A stretch of DNA of 64,000 bases from an uncultured Spirochaetota bacterium (GTDB lineage: Bacteria > Spirochaetota > Spirochaetia > SZUA-6 > Fen-1364), in contig CAVUXE010000035.1 in assembly GCA_963745235.1 (NCBI GenBank), positions 128,001 through 192,000 on the forward strand, in the 5' to 3' direction. The first letter of the stretch is position 1. Each line of letters opens with the position of its first letter. This document shows positions 9,965-20,110 of this stretch, piece after piece. A model generated the notes under the pieces. That model did not search any database, had not been told where the DNA came from, and worked only from the letters and a program-made list of their open reading frames with translations. The position numbers and the translations under genes were made by a program.

Positions 9965-10967
9965 AGCGTTGACCGTCAGCCTCCTCATGATGGGCGCCCT
10001 GGCGGCAGCCTGCGCGGCCCCGGTGGTCCGCATCAAGGACATTGCCTCAATCCAGGGCGTGCGGGGAAACCAGGTGCTGGGACTCGGGCTCGTGAGCGGA
10101 CTGAACGGGAAAGGGGATTCCTCGAGCGCTCCTCTCCTGCGTACGACAGTCTCTTCGCTTGTGGCGAGCTTTGGAGTCTCCTTGTCGCCGCAGGATGTTC
10201 GAAGCAAGAACGCGGCGGTGGTGATGGTGAGCGCGGAGCTGCCCGCCTTCGCCAGGTCGGGTGACCGCATCGATGTGATCGTTTCCAGTATTGGCGATGC
10301 GCGCGATCTGGACGGCGGGATACTCCTGCAGACCAACCTGCAGGCGGCCAATGGCCAGGTCTATGCGGTGGCGCAGGGGCGTGTAACCACGTCCCAGGAC
10401 CCCGCGGCAGCCAGGACCGTGGGGGCCGTCTCGCAGGGAGCGATCGTGGAAAAGGACGTCGTCTCCCAGTACCAGGCGAACAATGTCGTCTCGATACTCC
10501 TGCACAATCCGGACTTCGTCACCGCGAGCGCGGTCCAGAAGGCAATCAGCGGTGCTTTCAGCGGCATCACGGTGAACAGCCGCGACCCGTCGCTCATCGA
10601 GGTGCAGATCCCGCAGGACAGGAGGTCTGACCCCGTCGGGTTCCTGGCTCAGCTGGAGGCGCTCACGGTGACTCCGGACACGGTGGGACGCGTCGTGATA
10701 GACTCCGCAAGCGGCGTGATCGTCATGGGAGAGAAGGTCCGAATCGGGAAGGTTGCGGTGTCCTATCGAACCACGCGGGTCACCGTGGGCGCCGCGGCGG
10801 GCGGTCCTTCGGCAAATCCGGACCTGTTCGTCATCGGGGACACGACGACTGTCGACGATTTTGTTTCTGCCCTCAAGGGCGTGGGGCTCAAGGCCGACGT
10901 GATAATAGGCGTGCTCCAGGCGGTGGAGAAGGCGGGTGCCCTTTTTGGCACTCTCGTGGTAATGTAG
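9948..10967 (+). CDS. flgI: Flagellar P-ring protein
   Basis: RIKDIASIQGVRGNQVLGLGLVSGLNGKGD; KNAAVVMV; SIGDARDLDGG. Confidence 0.95.
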   Translation: MLSFRRALTVSLLMMGALAAACAAPVVRIKDIASIQGVRGNQVLGLGLVSGLNGKGDSSSAPLLRTTVSSLVASFGVSLSPQDVRSKNAAVVMVSAELPAFARSGDRIDVIVSSIGDARDLDGGILLQTNLQAANGQVYAVAQGRVTTSQDPAAARTVGAVSQGAIVEKDVVSQYQANNVVSILLHNPDFVTASAVQKAISGAFSGITVNSRDPSLIEVQIPQDRRSDPVGFLAQLEALTVTPDTVGRVVIDSASGVIVMGEKVRIGKVAVSYRTTRVTVGAAAGGPSANPDLFVIGDTTTVDDFVSALKGVGLKADVIIGVLQAVEKAGALFGTLVVM

Positions 10968-10981
10968 ACGGGGACTGAACA

Positions 10982-11284
10982 ATGCAGAGCATCAACCTGA
11001 CAAACTTGCATCCCTATCCGGTCGACACTGCCCGCGCCGGGCGACCGGCGGTGGACAAGCACAGCGAGCTGTACAAGGCGAGCGTGGATTTCGAGTCGCT
11101 TTTCATCCGGCAGATGCTGGAAGTCATGCGTAAGACCATCCACCGCGAAGACGACCTGCTGAACGGCGGGATGACTCAGGACGTTTTCGAAGGAATGCTG
11201 TATGATGAGTACGCGAAGAAGATGGCTGAGACCGCAGGGTTCGGGCTTGCGGACACCATCTATCGTCAGCTATCATCAAAATAA
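10982..11284 (+). CDS. flgJ: Single-domain rod-binding protein FlgJ
   Basis: FESLFIRQMLEVMRK...FEGMLYDEYAKKMA..GFGLADTIYRQL; no muramidase domain. Confidence 0.88.
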   Translation: MQSINLTNLHPYPVDTARAGRPAVDKHSELYKASVDFESLFIRQMLEVMRKTIHREDDLLNGGMTQDVFEGMLYDEYAKKMAETAGFGLADTIYRQLSSK

Positions 11285-11401
11285 TACGGACGAAGTGTAC
11301 TAGAAATCATACAAAACGCTGTTGAGCAGCCCGTGGAACGGTTACAGTATATCATCTCATTATATCGTAAACAATTACGGAACATTTATTAGTTTTCGCA
11401 T

Positions 11402-11417
11402 TGGCACGCTACTTGCT
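11402..11417 (+). promoter_or_regulatory. Sigma54 (-24/-12) promoter
   Basis: TGGCAC-GCTAC-TTGCT, perfect consensus, after an AT-rich intergenic tract. Confidence 0.85.
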
Positions 11418-11434
11418 TATTTATCATCCAGGAG

Positions 11435-12286
11435 ATGTCAATGAGCAAGAGGCGGGAGGCAACATCTTCCTTTGAGGACAACCTCAAAGCCTATTTCAAC
11501 CAGATCAAGAAGGCCCGGCTCCTGACCTTCGAAGAGGAGTTGGATCTTTCTCGACGGATACAGAAGGGCGATGAGAGCGCCCGCCGGCTTCTCATTGAGT
11601 CGAATCTCCGTCTCGTTGTCCGAATCGCCAAGAACTACCTGACCCCTGAGGTCTCCATCCTGGACCTCATCCAGGAGGGAAACATCGGCCTCATGAGGGC
11701 CGTGTCGAAGTACGATTTCAGGAAGAAGGTCAGGTTCAGCACGTATGCATCGTGGTGGATCAAGCAATCCATTGTGAGATCCCTGTCCAACAAGAAGAGG
11801 GTGATCCGTCTCCCCCACAGGCAGGAAGAGAAGCTTCGCAAGATCAACAAGGTCTACAACAATCTCTCGCAGGTGCTCATGCGGGAGCCGACCCTGGTGG
11901 AGATTGCGGGGGAGATCGGCCTGGAGGAAGAGGAGGTCGCCTCCATCATCAATTCATCCGGCTCCGTGGCGTCCCTGGATTCTTCCATCTCCCCGGATTC
12001 CGGCAGCCTCCACGACATAGTGGAGGACATGTCCTTCAATCCCGACCGGGAGCTGATGCGGAAAACCCTCCGTGAGGACACCCTCAAGTTCCTCGACGGA
12101 TTGCAGGAGAAGGAGCGCCGCATCCTTCTCTACCGCTTCTCCTTTGTGAGCGGAAGGCGTCATACACTCAAGAAGATAGGCGATGAGCTGGGCATCTCGC
12201 CGGAAACAGTGCGACAAATAGAGATCCGGGCCCTCAAGAAACTCAGAAGCTTCTCCGAAGAGCTGAAGGAGTATGTCTACAGTTGA
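11435..12286 (+). CDS. RNA polymerase sigma factor, RpoD/RpoS family lacking region 1.1 (RpoS-like)
   Basis: LIESNLRLVVRIAK; DLIQEGNIGLMRAVSKYD; RFSTYASWWIKQ; TLKKIGDELGISPETVRQIE. Confidence 0.9.
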   Translation: MSMSKRREATSSFEDNLKAYFNQIKKARLLTFEEELDLSRRIQKGDESARRLLIESNLRLVVRIAKNYLTPEVSILDLIQEGNIGLMRAVSKYDFRKKVRFSTYASWWIKQSIVRSLSNKKRVIRLPHRQEEKLRKINKVYNNLSQVLMREPTLVEIAGEIGLEEEEVASIINSSGSVASLDSSISPDSGSLHDIVEDMSFNPDRELMRKTLREDTLKFLDGLQEKERRILLYRFSFVSGRRHTLKKIGDELGISPETVRQIEIRALKKLRSFSEELKEYVYS

Positions 12287-12302
12287 CGCTTCGGAGTAGC
12301 GC

Positions 12303-13247
12303 GTGCGCCGACGCTCTTCGCACGCGCTCAGGATAGCCGCAGTCATAGTTACTCTCGCGGTCGCCGGCATCGCTGCCGTCCTCATTGCCTTTCTGCCCTC
12401 ATCAGCCGCTTCGGTTGCGGGTACCACGGTGGCCTCAGGATCCTCCGGCAGCTCGGGAGCGCAGGCCGCCCCGCCCCGGCCCCGGCGGGATACGCCGGCC
12501 AGCGAGCCAGTGGCCCCTCCGATCCACATCGAGCCGCAGGGAAAACTGGCGGTGATCCTTGACGATGCCGGCTACAGCCTTACGGAGCTCCAACCCTTCC
12601 TGGAGCTGCCGGGTCCGCTGACGGTTGCCGTTCTTCCCGATTTGCCGCACAGCGCGGAAGCGGCCCGGCGTGTGCTTGCCGCGGGAAAAGACCTGATCCT
12701 CCACTGCCCCATGGAAGCGGATGGAGATGAGGATCCCGGGCCCGGGGCGCTTCGCGTCGGGATGTCGGAAGAGCAGATCGACAGGATTCTTTCAGAGGAC
12801 TTTGCCTCCGTTCCGGGGGCAGTCGGAATGAACAACCATATGGGTTCACGGGCTACGGCTGACCCCGCCCTGATGGAGACGGTCCTGGGCTATCTCAAAC
12901 GGGAGGGTTTGTTCTTCGTGGACAGCAGGACCACTGCGGAAACCGTGGGGCCAGAGATTGCCCGGAGGCTCGGTGTGCCCTTCCTGCAGAGAAACCTGTT
13001 CATCGATGATGAGCGCAACGAAAAGTCCATCGCGGATGCGTTCAACGTGGGCGTGCGGGAAGCACGGACACGGGGGACGGCAGTCGTCATCGGGCATGTA
13101 CAGAACAAGGCAGTCCTGGATATACTGCGCACGGGGCGGAGAGAGTTGGCGGGGAACGGCGTCCGCCTGGCCCGCCTGGAAGAAATCATGAGCGAGACCC
13201 GGGTGGTCCAGCAGGGCCGGGATCGCACGGGAGCGCGCGTTTTTTGA
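12303..13247 (+). CDS. Divergent polysaccharide deacetylase family protein
   Basis: LAVILDDAG; ILHCPME; GMNNHMGS; FVDSRT; VIGH. Confidence 0.9.
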   Translation: MRRRSSHALRIAAVIVTLAVAGIAAVLIAFLPSSAASVAGTTVASGSSGSSGAQAAPPRPRRDTPASEPVAPPIHIEPQGKLAVILDDAGYSLTELQPFLELPGPLTVAVLPDLPHSAEAARRVLAAGKDLILHCPMEADGDEDPGPGALRVGMSEEQIDRILSEDFASVPGAVGMNNHMGSRATADPALMETVLGYLKREGLFFVDSRTTAETVGPEIARRLGVPFLQRNLFIDDERNEKSIADAFNVGVREARTRGTAVVIGHVQNKAVLDILRTGRRELAGNGVRLARLEEIMSETRVVQQGRDRTGARVF

Positions 13248-14257
13248 AGGTTCTTGGCATTGAGAGCTCGTGTGATGAATGCTCGGCCGCGGTCGTGGAA
13301 GACGGCCGCCGTATCCTCAGCAACATTGTCCTGAGCCAGGTGGATTTTCACAGGCCTTTCTACGGGGTCGTTCCCGAAATAGCCTCGCGAAAGCACGTGG
13401 AATGGATCAGTCCGGTGGTGCAGGACGCGCTGTCCGCCGCCGGCGTTGCCGTGCGAGACATCGACGCCGTGGCGGTGACCTACCGGCCGGGGCTCATAGG
13501 CTCCCTCCTCGTTGGATTGTCCTTTGCAAAAGGGCTTGCCTGGGCGCTCGGGAAGCCGTTCGTCGGGGTGGACCATATCCTCGCCCACCTGTATGCGCCG
13601 CACCTGGAGAATGACATCCCCTATCCCTACCTCGGAGTGCTGGTATCCGGGGGGCACACGATCATTGCCAGGGTGGACGGGCACGATACGATGAGGGTTC
13701 TTGGCACCACGATCGATGATGCGTGCGGCGAAGCCTTTGACAAGGTTGCCAAGCACTACGGGATCGGCTTTCCCGGGGGCGTTGCCATCGACAAGCTTGC
13801 CAGGACCGGGGATTCACGGGCGTTCCGATTCCCGCATCCCATCCTCAACAAGGGAGAAGCGTTTTATGACGTCTCCTATTCGGGGCTGAAGACTGCCGTC
13901 ATACACCAGGCGGACCAGTTCTGGAATGGAAGCGCGGAAAAGAGCATAGCAAACATCGCGGCGTCCTTTCAGCGCGCCGCAATCGACATTCTGGTGGACA
14001 GGGCAATCGCGGCTGCCACGGACACAGGCTTGCGGCGCATCGTTGCGGGAGGCGGGGTGGCGGCCAACAGTTACCTGAGGCAGCGAATGGCGGCAGAGAA
14101 GGGTCTGGAAGTCATCTTCCCGAGCCTGGCTTTGTGCACGGACAATGCGGCTATGGTGGCGGGACTTGGTTATCACGCCCTGATGGATGGCACCGCATCC
14201 GACTTTTCGCTCAATGCCGAAGCCCGCGTGCCCGTCTTCAAGCGAAACTATCCGTAG
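13244..14257 (+). CDS. tsaD: tRNA N6-threonylcarbamoyltransferase
   Basis: LGIESSCDE; GVVPEIASRKH; VSGGHT; DDACGEAFDKVA; CTDNAAM. Confidence 0.97.
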   Translation: MKVLGIESSCDECSAAVVEDGRRILSNIVLSQVDFHRPFYGVVPEIASRKHVEWISPVVQDALSAAGVAVRDIDAVAVTYRPGLIGSLLVGLSFAKGLAWALGKPFVGVDHILAHLYAPHLENDIPYPYLGVLVSGGHTIIARVDGHDTMRVLGTTIDDACGEAFDKVAKHYGIGFPGGVAIDKLARTGDSRAFRFPHPILNKGEAFYDVSYSGLKTAVIHQADQFWNGSAEKSIANIAASFQRAAIDILVDRAIAAATDTGLRRIVAGGGVAANSYLRQRMAAEKGLEVIFPSLALCTDNAAMVAGLGYHALMDGTASDFSLNAEARVPVFKRNYP

Positions 14258-14321
14258 AAAGGACGGCGAGCCCGCAACGCTGCCGGAAGCGCAAGCTGCC
14301 CGAAGCGCAACGCCGTTTTAT

Positions 14322-14350
14322 TTGACAACACACACTCCCGCGAGTAGACT
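14322..14350 (+). promoter_or_regulatory. Sigma70 promoter
   Basis: TTGACA-17 nt-TAGACT. Confidence 0.7.
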
Positions 14351-14369
14351 TCTGTAGCAGGAGCAGTGA

Positions 14370-14813
14370 ATGTACAACGTCCTGATACTCTGGGCGCCCG
14401 ATTCCGCCGAAACCCGCAAGGTTGTGGAGGTGGTTCGCGCAGCGTTCAACGAAGGGAAGTACAAAACCACGGTCAAGAAGGCTGATGAGTCGTCAATCGT
14501 TGACATCGCCGCCGCAGACGTCGTCATTTTCGGTCTCCAGAAGTCCTCCGCGGCGGAATTGCCGCCTGAGTACTCCGACCTGATGCGCGTGTTCAAAGGC
14601 GTGACCCTTGCCGGCAGGGCAGCCGGGGTTTTCTCCGTGGGAAGTGAGAAGGCCTCCGCAAAGATAAGAAAATCTCTCAAGGACACTGAAGTCGCGATCT
14701 TCGAAGAGGACCCGCTCTTTTCCAATGAAAAGTCGGAGAAGGTGTCAGAGGTCACCGAGTGGGCCAGAAAGCTTGCGGGGTTTTTCCAGGAAGTGAGGGG
14801 CGCTCGTGAATAG
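14370..14813 (+). CDS. Flavodoxin-like fold protein with degenerate FMN loop
   Basis: VLILW...ETRKVVEVV; DIAAADVVIFG; LAGRAAGVFS; VTEWARKL. Confidence 0.6.
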   Translation: MYNVLILWAPDSAETRKVVEVVRAAFNEGKYKTTVKKADESSIVDIAAADVVIFGLQKSSAAELPPEYSDLMRVFKGVTLAGRAAGVFSVGSEKASAKIRKSLKDTEVAIFEEDPLFSNEKSEKVSEVTEWARKLAGFFQEVRGARE

Positions 14814-15339
14814 CATTCTGGATGCAGCCATCCGCAAGGTGCCAGACTTTCCGAAGCCCGGCGTTCTGTTCTACGATATTACCGGGATACTTGTTGATCC
14901 AAAAGCCTTCGCCTACTGCATCGACCGGATGACGGAGCTCTATGCGGGCCTGCCGGTGGACGGGGTGGCCGCCATCGAATCCCGCGGCTTCATTTTTGCC
15001 GCCCCCTATGCCCATCGAAGAGGGCTCCCGCTGATATTGTTGCGGAAGAAGGGAAAGCTTCCCGGTGAGACGTACCGCGTGGCGTTCTCCCTCGAGTATG
15101 GGGAGGACGTCCTGGAGGTCCACAAGAGCGATCTGCATGCGGGGCAGAAGCTCCTGCTTGTTGATGACTTGATCGCAACCGGTGGTACTCTGCGGGCGGC
15201 CGCCCAGCTCCTCGCAATGGGAGGCGCCAAAGTGACTTCGATCTTTGGCGTTGTCGGTCTGCCGTTTCTCCACTACGAGAAGTCCCTCGGAGACTTCGAG
15301 GTCAAGACGCTCATTCAGTACGACAACGAGTGCGGCTGA
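14806..15339 (+). CDS. apt: Adenine phosphoribosyltransferase
   Basis: PDFPKPGVLFYDIT; IESRGF; RKKGKLPG; VDDLIATGGT. Confidence 0.96.
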   Translation: MNSILDAAIRKVPDFPKPGVLFYDITGILVDPKAFAYCIDRMTELYAGLPVDGVAAIESRGFIFAAPYAHRRGLPLILLRKKGKLPGETYRVAFSLEYGEDVLEVHKSDLHAGQKLLLVDDLIATGGTLRAAAQLLAMGGAKVTSIFGVVGLPFLHYEKSLGDFEVKTLIQYDNECG

Positions 15340-15348
15340 CGTCCGAGC

Positions 15349-16401
15349 TCAGCAGATTCGGGGCAGCAACAGGCCGCGCGGGAAATCCAGCAGGCGCTTT
15401 CCCCCGATGCTCGTCGTCATGATCACCGCGCCGGGGTTCCCAGAGGTGACTCTCCCAACGACCTTGGACTGACTTCCCAGGGCAAGCGACCTGAGGGCGC
15501 CGAGCGCCTTGTCCGCGGCTTCCGCGGCAACAAAGGCCACGAATACGCCCTCGTTCGCGATCTCAAGCGGATTGAGCCCCAGGAGGTCACAGACCGCCCT
15601 CACGTCCTGGTTGACGGGAAACTCGTCCTCTTCCACATCGATTCCCCAGGAAGCGCCAGAGGCGCCGAGGGAAGCGCCTACGACGCGCGGAGAAGCGCTT
15701 CCCACAACCTCGTTCAGCACAGCGGCCACCCCTCCGCGCGTCGCATCACGCATGAAATGAAGGGATTGACCCAGCGGGAACAGGGCGCTCGTCAGCGGAT
15801 AGAGGGAAGCCGCGTCGGAGCGCAGCGTGTCGCCGACAGGCAAAGACTCACGGGCCGCCAGGATGGTGATTCCATGAGCGCCCAGCGGGCCTGAGACGAT
15901 GATGGCATCTCCTGGTCTCACCGCGGACGGTGACAGGGCATGGGGGAAGACTCTGGTCCCGACCCCCGCGGTAGTCAGGAACAGCCCTCCGCCCTTGCCC
16001 TTGGGCACCACCTTGGTGTCCCCAGTGATAATGCGCGTTCCCGCTTCTTTGGCTGCTTCCGCTGCCGAGGCCAGGGCCCGTTGAAGCTGCGAGACAGGGA
16101 ACCCTTCCTCTATGACCATCGCCAGAGACAGGGAAATGGCCCGGGCGCCGCAGACGGCAAGATCGTTGCAGGTACCGAAGACGCACAACTTCCCGATGTC
16201 TCCTCCCGGGAAAAAGGGAGGGTCCACGACGTAACCGTCGGTTGTCAGGAGAAGCTCGGAGCCGGACGCAAGGGGAGTGGCGTCCGACAGCTCAGCATAG
16301 GCATCTGAGGCGAAAGCAGGGTAGATCACGGACTCCACCAGGTCCCGGGAGAGAGCACCTCCGCTGCCGTGCTCCAGCCTGATGAGCCCGTCCGCGCTCA
16401 T
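15349..16401 (-). CDS. hypE: Hydrogenase maturation protein HypE
   Basis: HGSGG; FFPGGDIGKL; TGDTKVV; RDATRGG; C-terminal LPRIC. Confidence 0.97.
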   Translation of the reverse strand: MSADGLIRLEHGSGGALSRDLVESVIYPAFASDAYAELSDATPLASGSELLLTTDGYVVDPPFFPGGDIGKLCVFGTCNDLAVCGARAISLSLAMVIEEGFPVSQLQRALASAAEAAKEAGTRIITGDTKVVPKGKGGGLFLTTAGVGTRVFPHALSPSAVRPGDAIIVSGPLGAHGITILAARESLPVGDTLRSDAASLYPLTSALFPLGQSLHFMRDATRGGVAAVLNEVVGSASPRVVGASLGASGASWGIDVEEDEFPVNQDVRAVCDLLGLNPLEIANEGVFVAFVAAEAADKALGALRSLALGSQSKVVGRVTSGNPGAVIMTTSIGGKRLLDFPRGLLLPRIC

Positions 16402-17478
16402 TTGCGCGCACCGTAGCGGAAATAGGCGGCGCAGGTTCCTTCCGAAGACACCATGCAGGGACCCACGGGATCATCAGGGGTGCATTTCCTTCCGAACAGG
16501 ACGCACTGGGGAGGCTGTGCTTTACCGGCAATCACGCGCGCACAGATGCAGCCTGGCGCCTCGGCGTCCCGGGCGGGGGGAAGCCTGAAACGTTTTTCCG
16601 CGTCCATGCGCGCAAGCTCCGGACGAAGACCCAGGCCTCCTCCGGGAATGACCCCCAGTCCGCGCCAGACGTCGTTTCGTGGCTCGAGACTCTTCTCGAT
16701 GACGGCGAGTGCCCGCGGATTACCCTCTGGCTTCACTGCCCGGGGATAGGCATTCTCCACGCGTTTTTCGCCCTTGTCGATCTGCCGCGCGAGGAGGAGG
16801 ATGCCGAGGAGCATGTCCAGAGGCTCGAACCCGGTGATCACCCCGGGTCTCCCGCCGTCCGCGGTGAGGAAGCCGTACGCCTCCTCTCCAATGATGACAG
16901 ATACGTGCCCCGGCAGGATGAAACCGTCAATTCCATGGTCCGGGCTGGAAAGCAGAAACCGGAAGCGCCGGAGGAACGGTCTTGAACGCCGTGTAGAAAA
17001 GAAGGTTCTCGACACCCTGCTCCTGCGCTTGGAAAAGGGTCGATACCACGGTCGGAATGGTGGTCTCGAATCCGACCGCGAGGAACACGACGGGCAGGGA
17101 AGAACGCTTTGCTATCTGGAGCAGCTCAGAGGGCGAATAGACGAGCTTCACGAGGTCTCGACCGGAAAGAGAGCTCAGCGCCCGGCCGCTTGTCCCCGGG
17201 ACTTTCAGCATGTCCCCGAAGGTCGCGATGACAGCCTGTCCGGACTCTGCAAGGGAAAGGGCATTGTCCACGTATCCGGCCGGGGTAACGCACACGGGGC
17301 ATCCGGGACCCGAGATGAGGTTGATTGCGGAGGGCAGCAGAGACTGGACGCCCTTGCGCCGCAGCTCCACAGTGTGTGTGCCGCACACCTCCATGAGGGA
17401 AAGCGGCCTCCCGATCCTGCGGACGCTCGTTTCGATCTCGGAGACCATGTCGGCAGCAAGCTGCTTCTCGTCATTCAT
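16398..17478 (-). CDS. hypD: Hydrogenase maturation protein HypD, frameshift near 16960
   Basis: MEVCGTH, GPGCPVC, GFETT (ORF 16927-17478); PGHVS, GPCMVSSEGTCAA (ORF 16398-17015). Confidence 0.92.
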
Positions 17479-17481
17479 CGC

Positions 17482-17712
17482 TCAGGCGTCTCCCGTGAGC
17501 TCCGCCATCTTGCGAAAGAGCGCGATCCTCTCCTCAGCCTCGGCAAGCGCCAGGATCTCGATGGCGAATCCGGCGTGGACAATCACGTGGTCGCCCGGCG
17601 CAGGGTTTTCCAGGAGAGACACGTCCACCTGGACGCTCACGTTCCCCTGGGAAACGATTGCCTTCTTTCCGTCAAGAATCCTGTCAATTCTCATGGGTGT
17701 TGCAAGACACAT
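17482..17712 (-). CDS. hypC: Hydrogenase chaperone HypC
   Basis: MCLATP; GDHVIVHAGFAI. Confidence 0.96.
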   Translation of the reverse strand: MCLATPMRIDRILDGKKAIVSQGNVSVQVDVSLLENPAPGDHVIVHAGFAIEILALAEAEERIALFRKMAELTGDA

Positions 17713-17725
17713 GCTTTCACCTCTT

Positions 17726-20035
17726 TCAGCTTTTTCCGCCCTGGAACCAGACCTGGCCTACGGAAAGCCCGCCGTCTCCCGGCGGTACTTTCTGATTCAG
17801 GAAAACCTCAAAACCGGATTGTATCAAGAGGGGGACAAGAAGCTCGCGGAGAAGGAGGTTCTGAAAGACGCCTCCGGAAAGCGCAACGCGCCGGATCCCG
17901 GTAATTTCCCTCATGCGTCTTGCCCCCTCGAGCGACGCCGCGGCTATGCACTGGTGAAAGAGGAGCGCCAGCTTCTCTACCGGCGCGCTGTTTCTCCTTT
18001 CCAGGAGAAGCGACAGGAGGGGGCGAGGGTCCGCCAGGAAACTCCGCTCGTCACCAGGGGAGGGCAGGAAAGGAACGAGCTCCATCATGGTGGAGGCGGA
18101 CGGCTCTTTTCCATCCCCACGCGCCAGGAGTCCGTGACCCTCCAGCCGTATGGGTCCTTCTCCCTCGTAGCTGACCGTGTCCACCAGGCCCAGAATGGAG
18201 GCGGCGGCGTCAAAAACGCGGCCAAGGGATGTGGACAGCGGGCAATTGACTCGCTTCTCGAGCATGGCCCGAAGAATCAGTCTCTGCGCTTCGGACAGCC
18301 CGGGCACCTCTCCGGCGGGTGAGAGCAGTGCGAATGCAATCCTCGCCGGATGGAGCACCGCCGCTTCTCCGCCGGGAAGCGCAAACGGAGCGAAGCTGCC
18401 AAGCCTCGTGAAGCCGCCGCGGGTCGCATGGAGGAACTCACCTCCCCATATCGTTCCGTCGGTGCCGTAGCCGGTGCCGTCGAAGGAAAGAGCCAGCGCC
18501 TCCTCCAGGCCGTGCTCTGCCATGACCGACAACGCGTGGGCGAAGTGGTGCTGCACGGCCGCGCCGCGCACCGGATGTCCGCCCGCCAGCTCGGTCGGAC
18601 GGTCTCCGAGCGCCCATGCAGTGGATCGGTAGAGCGGGTGCATGTCACGAACAATGAGATCGGGAACTGTCCCGTAGAGTGAGAGAGTCTGCTCGATGGT
18701 GGCGTCGAACTGCGCAAAGGTCTCAGCATCATCAAGGTCGCCGTTGAACGGGCACAGGTGGACATCGTCTCCCCGGGCAAGGGCGGGGGCGCTCTTCAGA
18801 TCTCCGCCCAGTCCAAGGATCACTCCTTTCACATCCGAGGACAAACCGACGAGGCGCGGCACCCAACCGCGCGAACGTCGCAGGAGAAACTCGCCGGATG
18901 ACTTCCCGGCTCGCACCACCGAATCGTCAGTGCGAAAAACGATCCGCCTGTCGTGGACAAGAAAAAGATCCGCGACATCTGCAAGTCTCTCCCGGGCGTC
19001 GAGCGGATCGGTGATTATCGGCTCACTCGCCTTGTTCCCGGATGTCATGACGAGGTGCTTGTAGGGGACGGGGAGCAACGGATGAAGAAAAAGCAGCGCA
19101 TGCAGGGGGGTGTAGGGGAGCATCACCCCGAGGGTCTGGGTATCAGAAACCCTCTGCAGCCAGGATGGGCCGTTTGCCCTGCGCGGTGCAATGACGATGG
19201 GGCTTTCGGCGCAGCAAAGCAGCTCTGCATCCCTCGACTCCAGGACGCAAAGCTCGTGCGCTTCAGAGATGTCTCGCACCATCAGCGCGAAGGGCTTCCG
19301 CTCCCGCTCCTTCGCGCGGCGCAATGCATCCATGGCACGCCGCGAGGCCGGGTCCGCGGCAAGGTGAAATCCTCCGATGCCCTGGAGGGCCACGATCCTC
19401 CCCTCCGCGAGCGCGCGGATGGCGTGCCTGATGGGGTCCCCCTCCAGAGGGGTCCCTGAGGCATCCACGCATGCCAACCGCGGTCCGCAGACCGGACAGG
19501 AATTGGTCTGGGAGTGGAACCTCCTGTCCAGCGGATCGGAAAACTCCGCCTTGCACGCGGGACACTGCTCGAACGGGCGCATGGAGGTATTTTCCCTGTC
19601 GAACGGAGTCCTCTCCACTATGGAGTAGCGCGGACCGCACTGGGTGCAGGTGATGAACGGATACAGGTACCGCCTGTCCGCGGGATCCAGAAGCTCGCGC
19701 GCGCAGTCTGGACACAGGGGGAGATCCGGCGGAATGGGCGGGAATGCGAAGCGGTCCGCCGCGCTTTCCCGGATCGAAAACCCGCTTCCATCGCTTTCGA
19801 GCGGAATGTCGGATTCCATGACGGCTTCGAGCCGGGCCGCCCCGGGAAGCCGTGCCCGAAGCTCCGGCAGAAAGGAGCTGACGTCACGGTCCTGACCCTG
19901 GACCTCCGCTATAACCTCCGAGCGCCGGTTCTGAACAAACCCGCCAAGCCCCAGCCCTGTCGCAACTCGAAAAACCGTGGGGCGAAAGCCTACGCCTTGA
20001 ACCGTGCCGAGGAAGGTGAATCTCCTGCGCAGCAC
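17726..20035 (-). CDS. hypF: Carbamoyltransferase HypF (probable start GTG 20035)
   Basis: GTVQGVGFRP acylphosphatase domain; CTQCGPRY zinc fingers; QHHFAH; FDGTGYG; PGDGGLSVGQ. Confidence 0.95.
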   Translation of the reverse strand: MLRRRFTFLGTVQGVGFRPTVFRVATGLGLGGFVQNRRSEVIAEVQGQDRDVSSFLPELRARLPGAARLEAVMESDIPLESDGSGFSIRESAADRFAFPPIPPDLPLCPDCARELLDPADRRYLYPFITCTQCGPRYSIVERTPFDRENTSMRPFEQCPACKAEFSDPLDRRFHSQTNSCPVCGPRLACVDASGTPLEGDPIRHAIRALAEGRIVALQGIGGFHLAADPASRRAMDALRRAKERERKPFALMVRDISEAHELCVLESRDAELLCCAESPIVIAPRRANGPSWLQRVSDTQTLGVMLPYTPLHALLFLHPLLPVPYKHLVMTSGNKASEPIITDPLDARERLADVADLFLVHDRRIVFRTDDSVVRAGKSSGEFLLRRSRGWVPRLVGLSSDVKGVILGLGGDLKSAPALARGDDVHLCPFNGDLDDAETFAQFDATIEQTLSLYGTVPDLIVRDMHPLYRSTAWALGDRPTELAGGHPVRGAAVQHHFAHALSVMAEHGLEEALALSFDGTGYGTDGTIWGGEFLHATRGGFTRLGSFAPFALPGGEAAVLHPARIAFALLSPAGEVPGLSEAQRLILRAMLEKRVNCPLSTSLGRVFDAAASILGLVDTVSYEGEGPIRLEGHGLLARGDGKEPSASTMMELVPFLPSPGDERSFLADPRPLLSLLLERRNSAPVEKLALLFHQCIAAASLEGARRMREITGIRRVALSGGVFQNLLLRELLVPLLIQSGFEVFLNQKVPPGDGGLSVGQVWFQGGKS

Positions 20036-20110
20036 GGTGTAAGGATACCGGGAAGCGCTCTCGTTGACCACTGCCGCACTCGCGTGTACTGTGTCCGCGG
20101 GAGGCACGCA

